Positions 1 through 7,589 of a stretch of DNA of 39,848 nucleotides are shown one piece after another. The DNA is taken from positions 1 through 39,848 of the IMG/VR virus record IMGVR_UViG_3300035365_000038; one strand, 5' to 3'. The notes beneath the pieces were generated by a model. It did not search any database and was not told the DNA's origin. It saw only the letters and a program-made list of their open reading frames with translations. The stretch comes from a virus. The position numbers and the translations under genes were made by a program. Positions within the stretch are counted from its first letter, which is position 1. The number at the start of each line of letters is the position of its first letter.

Positions 1-99
1 CCGGAGGCCAAAGAGAAACTAACAAACATACAAAAGAGAAAATACCATTATGAAGAAGCAAGACCATAAAGAAACCATAAAGAAAGCTTTATTCTTTAC
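1..99. repeat. Left copy of a 99-bp terminal direct repeat (circular-assembly overlap or terminal redundancy)
   Basis: 1-99 (ccggaggccaaagag...attctttac) is repeated base for base at 39750-39848. Unit length is 39749 bp. Confidence 0.95.
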
Positions 100-430
100 T
101 AACGCCGCTTATTTAGTTATGGACATAGTAAACACGTTCGCAACGGAGGCGGATTTTGAATTACAAAAGCTGCAAAAATGTTTCAACCGAGAGGACAAGC
201 AGCGAATAAACAACGCCGCCAGGGCGGTAAAAGCCGCAAGAAGCGCCACGAAAATTGCAGCAGAGCAGATCTATAAAATGAAAGACGTAGATGACGCCTG
301 TATAGATAGCGATTATTTGCACGAAATTATAAAGCTAGTAATTAATAGGACAGACGACACCGAAGAGAGCATGCAGCGTATGATGGAGCACATTAAGCAG
401 ATACCGAAAGTAGAACCAAAAGAAGTATGA
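50..430 (+). CDS. hypothetical protein (126 aa)
   Basis: ATG ORF overlapping the end of the wrapped gene 39654-39818. The next ATG lies 2 nt after its stop. No motif recognised. Confidence 0.65.
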   Translation: MKKQDHKETIKKALFFTNAAYLVMDIVNTFATEADFELQKLQKCFNREDKQRINNAARAVKAARSATKIAAEQIYKMKDVDDACIDSDYLHEIIKLVINRTDDTEESMQRMMEHIKQIPKVEPKEV

Positions 431-431
431 A

Positions 432-863
432 ATGAAACAGCACGAAATATCTGTAGCCGGGAAAATAAACGCAGAAGGCAGATTAACAATGTATATGCAT
501 GAACTTAACGAGTTTACGCGGAAATGGAAAAACGCTAAAGTAGTAGCTACGTTCCGGATCTGTGAGCCAGGAGCTTCTGCAGCCCTTAAGGGGTATTATT
601 ATAATTATATTGTTCCGACGTTTAAACGCGCCCTTTGGGACGCCGGAGACCGGAAAACAGACGAGCAGACGGAAAGATATTTGAGGGAATTATCGCCTAT
701 AATGTATAGCCAGGCTGTAGACCCGGAAACCGGGAAATATACCAGCGAGCTAAGGGAAATTAAGGACCTAGACAATTCCAAACTAATAGAGCATATTGAA
801 ACGCTAAAACAAATAGGAGCCGAGGAATTCAGTATTTACGTAGAAGACCCAGGCAATTTTTAA
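432..863 (+). CDS. hypothetical protein (143 aa)
   Basis: Tightly coupled ORF. The KGYYYNYIVPTF...ERYLRE segment resembles N-terminal regions of some phage recombination or nuclease-associated proteins, but I cannot assign it. Confidence 0.65.
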   Translation: MKQHEISVAGKINAEGRLTMYMHELNEFTRKWKNAKVVATFRICEPGASAALKGYYYNYIVPTFKRALWDAGDRKTDEQTERYLRELSPIMYSQAVDPETGKYTSELREIKDLDNSKLIEHIETLKQIGAEEFSIYVEDPGNF

Positions 864-882
864 TAACAAAAAACTAAAAGTT

Positions 883-1506
883 ATGAGAACACCAACGGAA
901 AGCTCATTTTTCTTGAGCAAAGTAAAAGTTATCGCAAATGGCGGCCTAGACGTACATTTCGAAGTAGAGGAAACTTGCGGACAGGAAATTTACCGCGAAA
1001 ATTATCATCTAGCATCTAGCAAGGGTATACACCCCGATCTGCAAAAGCTATTCGACAGCCTTAAGCCTATAATGGCCCGGGTATATCATTTATCTTTTTT
1101 CAAGACGATCTTGGAAACGCCGGAATTTAAGGCTACAAAAGCGCAAAAAGAAATAGCAGATGCAGCGTTTAAGGAGCTACTAAATAAAATCAAGGTTACA
1201 GGCGTTTCCCTTTCCGGAAAAGATGATAATGTAGGGGTAGTACTTACAGGAACATTTACCGCGGACAGCAACCAAAAGATGGCGATTAACAGCCACCGTA
1301 TGAAGTTTAGCGAGGAACGGTATGGGTTCGAAGAAGAAATGGAACAGATCGTTTCCGACATAGAATCCGAAGTATATAAATTCCTGTTTAAAAACAAACG
1401 GGCGCAGCTGGAACTATTCGACGAACACGGGGAACCATACGGAACCCAGGAATTTAACGGAGAGGAACCGGAAGGAGAGGAAAACGGAGAAGATGATGGA
1501 ATGTAA
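883..1506 (+). CDS. hypothetical protein with a strongly acidic C-terminal tail (207 aa)
   Basis: ORF ends in ...EEPEGEENGEDDGM. It sits in the recombination/replication-accessory operon. Confidence 0.65.
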   Translation: MRTPTESSFFLSKVKVIANGGLDVHFEVEETCGQEIYRENYHLASSKGIHPDLQKLFDSLKPIMARVYHLSFFKTILETPEFKATKAQKEIADAAFKELLNKIKVTGVSLSGKDDNVGVVLTGTFTADSNQKMAINSHRMKFSEERYGFEEEMEQIVSDIESEVYKFLFKNKRAQLELFDEHGEPYGTQEFNGEEPEGEENGEDDGM

Positions 1507-1972
1507 AAAAATCATCTTAACCGAAAAATGCGAATATGAATTGGTTGTAAGTAGGGGCTATCAGCCCTTACTTCCCAATAAACATTTTGCGCTAGATATA
1601 AGGTTAAGGGAGAAGATACAAAAGGAATTGTTCGGGCGTTGCGTTATAGGCCGCGGAAATATACCCCAGGCAAACGAAAGATTTTTTAGATGGGTATGGG
1701 ATAATAAGCCGCACTACTGCGAAGAGTGTATGAAGCCATTAAGGGCCTATTCAGCCGTATATTGCAGCCACATACTTACTAGGGGAGCACACCCCGAAAT
1801 GGCGCACGATCCCCGGAATATTAATATCCTTTGTTTTGAGCACCACAACCAGTGGGAAAATGGAGCCAGGGAAAAAATGAGAATATACCCAGGCAACCAA
1901 AGAACAATAAAAGAACTAGAAAATGACTATAATATTAAGCGAAAGGAGGTGAACAATGAAATGGACAAATGA
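1493..1972 (+). CDS. HNH-type (beta-beta-alpha-Me) nuclease-like protein
   Basis: CEECMKPL...CSHILTRGAHPEMAHDPRNINILCFEHHNQWENG gives a CxxC plus H...N...HH arrangement typical of HNH fingers. Confidence 0.5.
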   Translation: MMECKKIILTEKCEYELVVSRGYQPLLPNKHFALDIRLREKIQKELFGRCVIGRGNIPQANERFFRWVWDNKPHYCEECMKPLRAYSAVYCSHILTRGAHPEMAHDPRNINILCFEHHNQWENGAREKMRIYPGNQRTIKELENDYNIKRKEVNNEMDK

Positions 1973-2186
1973 ACCTGGAGAACCATTCCAAGTGCTGGCA
2001 TTCAACCAGGACGAAGTAAAAATACTTGTTGAGATTCTGAAAGGACGTGTAAGGAAAGAAGTAGCAAGCAAGTATAAGAAGTATAAGGATATTCATGAAG
2101 GAGGAGAAGCAACAGAAAGGCAATGCACCCTTATGTTTAAATATGAAGAACAATTAAATTTAATAGACAAAATAATAGAGGTATGA
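1956..2186 (+). CDS. hypothetical protein (76 aa)
   Basis: ORF overlaps its neighbours by 17 nt and 4 nt. An AGGAGGT lies upstream of the ATG. Confidence 0.55.
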   Translation: MKWTNEPGEPFQVLAFNQDEVKILVEILKGRVRKEVASKYKKYKDIHEGGEATERQCTLMFKYEEQLNLIDKIIEV

Positions 2187-2449
2187 CAAAAGAAGAAGCA
2201 ACAAAAAAATACGCTGAAAATTATAAATCACTTATTTTAAAAGAGTTTTGTAAGAAAGCTTTTATAAAAGGAGCAGAATGGAAAATTGAATCAGCCTGGC
2301 ACCCGGCAAACCATCAGCCTATTAATCATTTTTGCTTGTTGCTTATTGAGCAAAATGATGGAGAATTTGAGCTAGAATATAGATTTGATCCATCTAAAAC
2401 CAAAAGATGGGCATACGTAAAGGATCTAATACCCAAAAAGGAGGACTAA
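2183..2449 (+). CDS. DUF551-like small protein, paralogue of 36091-36384
   Basis: Shares AFIKGAEWKI...W...P...KRWAYVKDLIPKKED with AFVAGADWRI...KKWAYIEDLIPSKEE in the other copy. Confidence 0.6.
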   Translation: MTKEEATKKYAENYKSLILKEFCKKAFIKGAEWKIESAWHPANHQPINHFCLLLIEQNDGEFELEYRFDPSKTKRWAYVKDLIPKKED

Positions 2450-2452
2450 AAA

Positions 2453-2707
2453 ATGAAACTTATAAAAGTGAAAATAGAAACGAATGTTGAAACCTCAATA
2501 GACGGGAAACCAGTGAATGAACTTCTGCAAGATATTGCAGATTTATGCCATGAAAGATTGGAATATTCAACATCAAAAGAAGAAGAATGCGAAACGCTAT
2601 ATGAGGATAATGAGTATGAAGCATTTTATGAGAAGATGAATTGTAGAATATCTAAACTTGAAGGTGCACTTTGTAGGATTTTAGACATGTTGGAGGACGA
2701 AATATGA
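2453..2707 (+). CDS. hypothetical acidic protein (84 aa)
   Basis: ATG follows AAGGAGGACTAAAAA. The stop overlaps the next start (ATGA). Confidence 0.6.
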   Translation: MKLIKVKIETNVETSIDGKPVNELLQDIADLCHERLEYSTSKEEECETLYEDNEYEAFYEKMNCRISKLEGALCRILDMLEDEI

Positions 2708-2895
2708 AAGGAGTAACACAGGCGGCAAAAAGAGCCAACGGCTTAAGCCAAGCATGCGGCAAATGTAGATATAGATTCAGAGACCCAGGCATTTGCGAAT
2801 TATGCGGAAAAGCATTTATAGAAGGATTTAAAAAGGGTGCCAAGTGGGCAGAGAATAAAGGAAAGGAGGTGGAAAATAATGAAGTACAGAAATAG
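2704..2895 (+). CDS. small Cys-containing protein (63 aa)
   Basis: Two CxxC-type pairs (CGKC, CELC), followed by FIEGFKKGAKWAE, which echoes the GAxW motif of the DUF551-like paralogues. Confidence 0.5.
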   Translation: MKGVTQAAKRANGLSQACGKCRYRFRDPGICELCGKAFIEGFKKGAKWAENKGKEVENNEVQK

Positions 2896-3235
2896 ACATA
2901 CCGGGGAAGTAGTAAATATAATATGCTGGGGCGGGCATACCCAAAGGGCGGAAAATGATTATGTTTCTTACATAGACGGAAAAGGAGAGGAACACGAAGC
3001 CGAGAGGGGCCTAAATTATTATTGGGATTTTGAACCGATAGAAGAACCGGATAAAACGCAAAAGGAGATCTTACAGCAACTCCGGGAAAATAATCAAATG
3101 TTACAGGAAATTTTAGCCTGGATAAGATTACAAAAAGACCCTAAATTTATAGAGCAAAAAATCCAGGAAGATTTTATAGTAGACTTTCTTTCGAATGTAG
3201 AAGCAACAAAATTTATAAGGAAGTTAGGAATATGA
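2879..3235 (+). CDS. hypothetical protein (118 aa from the ATG at 2879)
   Basis: The track ORF starts at 2837, but the ATG at 2879 is preceded by AAGGAGGTGGAAAATA, so I prefer 2879. Confidence 0.55.
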   Translation: MKYRNRHTGEVVNIICWGGHTQRAENDYVSYIDGKGEEHEAERGLNYYWDFEPIEEPDKTQKEILQQLRENNQMLQEILAWIRLQKDPKFIEQKIQEDFIVDFLSNVEATKFIRKLGI

Positions 3236-3558
3236 AAGCAAGGGTTATAAAAACAGGAAAGGTAATAGATGTAGAATTACACGTAGATATTAAAACAGAA
3301 GGGCCACCAAAGCCCGCAAAACATATACTAAAACTGTATATAGATTCCGAAGGGAATCAATACGCCGGGAAGGATCTAGATTTTATTAATCTTTACCCCG
3401 ATTGGCAAGCGATAAAGATACAGGCGGCAATAGCGGCGATGCAAGGCTTTATAGCTAATACGTCTTTTTACGCAGATACAGCCGGACCCGGAACCACCGC
3501 AGAATGGGCGGAAAAATACGCAGAAGCTTTAGTAACTAAATTACAAGAAAAGATATGA
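3232..3558 (+). CDS. hypothetical protein (108 aa)
   Basis: ATGA overlap at both ends. Confidence 0.6.
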   Translation: MKARVIKTGKVIDVELHVDIKTEGPPKPAKHILKLYIDSEGNQYAGKDLDFINLYPDWQAIKIQAAIAAMQGFIANTSFYADTAGPGTTAEWAEKYAEALVTKLQEKI

Positions 3559-3902
3559 GACTAAACAATAAAAAGAAAACGGACTATGCCGCCATTTCAA
3601 GGCGCTCAATTAAAAAAGATTTTTATTCCGAACAAATACACATGGAAAAGAAAACAGGGCCGGAGAAGCGAAATTCGAACGAAATAAGGATTTCCAAAAT
3701 AAACCCGGCTTGCCAGTACGCCAAATTTTCCCGGTTTTTTGTAGGGAAGCTAGTAAGACTAGCCGAAAAGGCAGGAACCGGGGACAGCACTACAGGATGG
3801 TATGAGTTTATCCGAGACGAAGACAGGAAAGCGATAAACGACGCCGCCGGATGGAGCGACAACAAAAGACAGTATTTTTTAGAAAACCCAAAATTAAAAT
3901 AG
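3555..3902 (+). CDS. hypothetical basic protein (115 aa)
   Basis: ATGA-coupled ORF. No motif recognised. Confidence 0.5.
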   Translation: MRLNNKKKTDYAAISRRSIKKDFYSEQIHMEKKTGPEKRNSNEIRISKINPACQYAKFSRFFVGKLVRLAEKAGTGDSTTGWYEFIRDEDRKAINDAAGWSDNKRQYFLENPKLK

Positions 3903-3908
3903 AAAGTT

Positions 3909-4271
3909 ATGAATTACAATGTAAAAATCAATCTAGCGAAGCTAAACAAGGTAGCAGCGGTAAACCTTACCGGGAAATCCGGAAATACGGTAAAATGCGT
4001 AGTTATACCGATAGAAGACAATGACATTTTCGTATCAGAAAAGGGCGGAATATATTTAGATATTACCGCAGTAGCAATGAAAAAGGAAAATTACGGGCAG
4101 ACCCATTTGCTTAAGAGACATATTCCATCGGAAAAATACCAGGCTATGAGTGACCAGGAAAAGGATAGTCAGCCAATTATAGGAGCATTAAGCCCGATTA
4201 AGGCGAAGCAAGCAGAAGTAACGGAAACAGCCCAGGTAGCCCAAGACGATAACGATGACTTACCCTTTTAG
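3909..4271 (+). CDS. putative non-canonical ssDNA-binding protein with an SSB-type acidic C-terminal tip
   Basis: C-terminus ...AQDDNDDLPF matches the conserved SSB tail (DDD-I/L-PF). It is preceded by a flexible Q/A/E-rich linker and sits in a recombination operon. Confidence 0.5.
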   Translation: MNYNVKINLAKLNKVAAVNLTGKSGNTVKCVVIPIEDNDIFVSEKGGIYLDITAVAMKKENYGQTHLLKRHIPSEKYQAMSDQEKDSQPIIGALSPIKAKQAEVTETAQVAQDDNDDLPF

Positions 4272-4485
4272 CATGAGACACTACAAACTAAGATTAGCCA
4301 TTAATGCGATAGCAGTAATATTGATTATTATTAGCAAGATAATAATCAGAAAGAAGCGAAAAATAGTATATTTCAACGCCAGCACCGGACAGGCCCGGTA
4401 TAGGATTGTATATTATACGCTGATATTTATTCCAATTTTTTACAGAACTAAAACAATACCAAACAAGAAGTATGCAGTACAGTAA
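4255..4485 (+). CDS. possible small membrane protein, doubtful
   Basis: 76-aa ORF spanning an otherwise non-coding 200-nt AT-rich gap. It has one hydrophobic stretch (AINAIAVILIIISKIII). The region also holds inverted repeats and may be regulatory instead. Confidence 0.25.
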   Translation: MTYPFSMRHYKLRLAINAIAVILIIISKIIIRKKRKIVYFNASTGQARYRIVYYTLIFIPIFYRTKTIPNKKYAVQ

Positions 4486-4933
4486 CAAAGATTATAACCA
4501 GGCACTACATGACAGATATAAGGCCCTTTCAGTTAAGCAGCCTTATGCCGAATATATAGCCAGCGGAGAGAAGACAATCGAAGTCCGCAGTAAGAGCACA
4601 AGTTACCGCGGGGAGTTATTAATTTGCGCCAGTAAGGACGGAAAACCGGACCCCAACGCCCCGGGATTTGCTTGTACGATAGCTTTCGTGGATCTGTACG
4701 ACTGTAAACCGCTAACCAGCTTAACCGACGAAGAGTGGAAAAGAACAAAACTGCCGGAATATCTAGTTCAGAAGCTTAAGCAGCCGGGAAGGGGATATGG
4801 CTGGTTCCTTAAGAACCCCAGGAGGGTAATAGAATTTCCTGTAAAGGGACAGTTAGGTATCTTTAACCTAGTATACACAAAAGGGGTTATAATGGAGTAT
4901 CCCAGGATCTTAAAAGACCCAGTAATAGAATAA
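4472..4933 (+). CDS. ASCH (PUA-like) domain protein
   Basis: LSVKQPYAEYIASGEKTIEVRSKSTSYRGELLICAS is the typical ASCH N-terminal signature. Confidence 0.75.
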   Translation: MQYSNKDYNQALHDRYKALSVKQPYAEYIASGEKTIEVRSKSTSYRGELLICASKDGKPDPNAPGFACTIAFVDLYDCKPLTSLTDEEWKRTKLPEYLVQKLKQPGRGYGWFLKNPRRVIEFPVKGQLGIFNLVYTKGVIMEYPRILKDPVIE

Positions 4934-4940
4934 GTACAAG

Positions 4941-4974
4941 GCCGGAAGAAAATAGCTTCCGGCTTTGCCTGTTT
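4941..4974 (+). terminator. intrinsic terminator-like hairpin
   Basis: GCCGGAAG-aaaatag-CTTCCGGC followed by TTTGCCTGTTT. It lies directly after the stop of 4472-4933. Confidence 0.55.
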
Positions 4975-4995
4975 AAAAAAATAATTGTATTTTTG
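4964..4995 (+). promoter_or_regulatory. Bacteroidota-type promoter for the accessory operon
   Basis: TTTG (4964-4967), 20-nt spacer, TATTTTTG (4988-4995). The first ATG is at 5027. Confidence 0.5.
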
Positions 4996-5026
4996 TCCTA
5001 TACATTGACATTTAAAATATAAAATT

Positions 5027-5281
5027 ATGGCGGATAAATTTTGCAGAAGATTAGAAGAGGTTGAAGCCGTACAGGCAAAGGCTAACAACCTAGAAGAATT
5101 AAGAAAATTTGCCGGAGCCGTGCAACGCGTAGAAGGCCGGACCAAACAAGCTCCCGGATATTATACCGTGCCAGGGCTAAACACAGTTTTATGGGATGGA
5201 AGTTGGCTAGTTAAGCACCCAAACGGCCGCCTGGAGATTAAGAGCAGCCAGCTATTCCACCGAGAGTATGAACCGAAATAG
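5027..5281 (+). CDS. hypothetical protein (84 aa)
   Basis: First ORF after the promoter. No motif recognised. Confidence 0.6.
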   Translation: MADKFCRRLEEVEAVQAKANNLEELRKFAGAVQRVEGRTKQAPGYYTVPGLNTVLWDGSWLVKHPNGRLEIKSSQLFHREYEPK

Positions 5282-5456
5282 TTATTTACCCCGGTGCCAT
5301 TGGAATAAGCAACACGGCCGGAGAAGGAAGGCAAAAAGGCCCTTTGAGACAATAGAAGAAGCAAACCAATACATAGAACAAAGGAACCTACAAACGAAGT
5401 ATAGAAGTTACAAATGCCACGTATGCGGGAAATACCATATAGGGCATAGAATTTAA
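5268..5456 (+). CDS. small basic protein with a C-terminal zinc-ribbon-like CxxC..H..H
   Basis: ...YKCHVCGKYHIGHRI at the C-terminus. Confidence 0.5.
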   Translation: MNRNSYLPRCHWNKQHGRRRKAKRPFETIEEANQYIEQRNLQTKYRSYKCHVCGKYHIGHRI

Positions 5457-5469
5457 TAAAACAAGAAAT

Positions 5470-5982
5470 ATGAAAAAGTACATTGGAACAAAACAAGTAG
5501 AGGCAATGCCTATGACACTAGGCGAGTACATTAAAAAGAGCGGAAGAAACCCGTACCAAAACAGTCAGGATATGCACGGGGAAAATGAACCGGGCTATTT
5601 GGTAAGATATAAAGACGGTTACGAAAGCTGGTCGCCCAAAGATGTTTTTGATGAAACCTACAGGGAAATTAAAGAAGAAACCGAAAATATGACATTCGGA
5701 GACGCAATCGAAGTTCTGAAACAGGGCGGAGCCATACGCAGAAAAGGATGGAACGGTAAAGGCCTGTTTGTAATTAAGCAGGTCCCGGCACATATTGAAG
5801 CCGATGTTATCCCTAAGATGCAATCGTTACCGCAAAACGCAAAAGATCTCATTTTGAAGGGCAAGGGCTTTATTGATTATACAAGCCAATGCCTCATTTA
5901 TAACGAGGCTACAGGCCGGGCAGATTCATGGGTGCCGAGCATTTCTGACGTATTTGCGGAGGATTGGGAAATAGTATTATAA
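5470..5982 (+). CDS. two-domain protein with a C-terminal DUF2829 domain (family of Thoeris anti-defence protein Tad2)
   Basis: Residues 74-170, MTFGDAIEVLKQGGAIRRKGWNGKGLFV...SWVPSISDVFAEDWEIV, match the DUF2829 hallmark (F-G-x-A-l-x-a-l-K-x-G, R-x-GW-N-G-K, D-l-x-AEDWEIV). The N-terminal YIGTKQVEAMPMT...GYLVRYKDGYESWSPKDVF module is often fused to it. Confidence 0.75.
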   Translation: MKKYIGTKQVEAMPMTLGEYIKKSGRNPYQNSQDMHGENEPGYLVRYKDGYESWSPKDVFDETYREIKEETENMTFGDAIEVLKQGGAIRRKGWNGKGLFVIKQVPAHIEADVIPKMQSLPQNAKDLILKGKGFIDYTSQCLIYNEATGRADSWVPSISDVFAEDWEIVL

Positions 5983-7440
5983 CCTACCGACCAGGGGCCG
6001 GAAAGGATAAGACAGCGTAAGTTACGGCTTGCGCTGTCAGCATTTAAATTAGAATATAAGAAAGAGTATCACAAAAATCCAAGAAAGATAACGCCGAAGC
6101 AGTTAGAGCAGCTTAAGGCGAACATAGAAGAGCTGGGAGACTTATCCGGAATAGTTCACGATCTTAACACAGACGAAATTATAGCCGGAAACCAGCGAAG
6201 CAAGGTTATAGACATAGCCAAGTGCGAAATAGTAATAACAGAGAAGTTTGACACCCCAACGCCGCAGGGAACTGTAGCCTGGGGATATGTTATTTTTGAG
6301 GGGCAGAAGCTTAATTATCGCCAAGTAAGATGGGACGACCGACAGCGGGAGAAAGCAAACATAACGGCCAACGCTTTAGGCGGTGATTGGGACTACCAAA
6401 TTCTAAAATCAGAATTTAGACTAACCGATTTAAGTAATTGGGGCCTTGATACAATAGAAAAAGAATTAAAAGAAGAAGTTACAAGAAAAGAAATCCAAGA
6501 GGATAAATTCAAGATTTGCCAAACGATAAAGACAGATATAAAAGAGGGAGATTTATTTCAAATTGGGGAGCATAGATTAATCTGCGGAGACAGTAAAAAA
6601 ATAGAGGTCTATCAAAATTTACTTAATGGGGAAAAGGTGGATTTAATAATAACTGACCCACCCTATAACGTAGATTATGGAGAAAAGAACCGAGCATTAA
6701 ATAAAAATCTTGACGGTGGAAGATTTAGTAATCCTTATGATATAAAAAATGATTGCATGAAAAGCAATGAATTTTATGATTTCTTGAATAAGGTATTTAC
6801 TAATTTGCATTGTTTTATATCTGATAAATGCCCGTTATATGTTTTTTATGGGCATGTGGAGACTTTAAACTTTTATCATAGCATAGAAGATGCCGGATTT
6901 TGCATAAAACAAATGCTGGTATGGGTCAAAGAACATTTTGTAATAGGTAGGCAAGACTACCAGTGGAAGCATGAGCCTATAATATACGGGTGGAGTAAAA
7001 ATGGGAAACCGCATTATTTTTGTGGCGAAAGGAATCACACTACAGTAATAGACAATTCAGAGGATTTACGAAAAAGAAGTAAACCCCAACTTATAGCGCT
7101 TATTAAGGAGATGATGAACAACACAAAAAGTGATGTTATTTATTGCAATAAGCCACAAGCAAGCAGCGAGCACCCCACAATGAAACCCGTTAAGTTATTT
7201 GGGGAGCTTATACAAAATAGTTCCATCGAAAACGATATAGTAATAGATGCTTTTGGTGGTAGTGGTACAACGCTTATGGCGTGCGAGCAGCTAAAAAGAA
7301 AAGCCCGATTAATAGAGCTTGATCCGGTTTTTTGTCAAGTTATTATAGACCGAATAAGACAATTTAATCCAGGCATAAAGATTATCAAAATTAAAAATAT
7401 ATACGAAGGAAGCAAGAAAAATGAGGATTCAGAGGATTAA
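5983..7440 (+). CDS. ParB-like N-terminal domain fused to a beta-class DPPY (N6-adenine type) DNA methyltransferase; translation start unresolved
   Basis: HKNPRKITPKQLEQL...IIAGNQR is a ParB-like fold. IITDPPYNV is motif IV, and VIDAFGGSGTTLMACEQL is motif I placed C-terminally. The frame is open from 5983, but the first ATG/GTG/TTG is the GTG at 6637. Confidence 0.75.
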   Translation, partial: PTDQGPERIRQRKLRLALSAFKLEYKKEYHKNPRKITPKQLEQLKANIEELGDLSGIVHDLNTDEIIAGNQRSKVIDIAKCEIVITEKFDTPTPQGTVAWGYVIFEGQKLNYRQVRWDDRQREKANITANALGGDWDYQILKSEFRLTDLSNWGLDTIEKELKEEVTRKEIQEDKFKICQTIKTDIKEGDLFQIGEHRLICGDSKKIEVYQNLLNGEKVDLIITDPPYNVDYGEKNRALNKNLDGGRFSNPYDIKNDCMKSNEFYDFLNKVFTNLHCFISDKCPLYVFYGHVETLNFYHSIEDAGFCIKQMLVWVKEHFVIGRQDYQWKHEPIIYGWSKNGKPHYFCGERNHTTVIDNSEDLRKRSKPQLIALIKEMMNNTKSDVIYCNKPQASSEHPTMKPVKLFGELIQNSSIENDIVIDAFGGSGTTLMACEQLKRKARLIELDPVFCQVIIDRIRQFNPGIKIIKIKNIYEGSKKNEDSED

Positions 7441-7478
7441 AAAAATATAGCCTGTGAAAACAAGCTAAAATGAGGCGA

Positions 7479-7545
7479 TTTGTGGCATTTTCTCTCACAA
7501 ATGGGTAGATTATACATTCTACAAAAGAAAACCGTTTGTGAGAGA
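7479..7545. promoter_or_regulatory. nested inverted repeats in the methyltransferase/HTH intergenic region
   Basis: ATTTGTG (7479-7485) pairs with CACAAAT (7496-7502). TCTCTCACAAA (7491-7501) pairs with TTTGTGAGAGA (7535-7545). The two pairings overlap and are mutually exclusive. Confidence 0.4.
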
Positions 7546-7589
7546 TTTTCTATTAAAATAACTGTAACTAAATAAAAGAGAGTAACAAC

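Noticed and set aside
5980-5982. Genome-wide reassignment of TAA (or another stop) to a sense codon
   Set aside because: TAA, TAG and TGA all terminate tightly packed genes throughout the genome, many as ATGA overlaps or with the next ATG within a few nt. No other gene needs an in-frame stop to be read through. The oddity is local to this junction.
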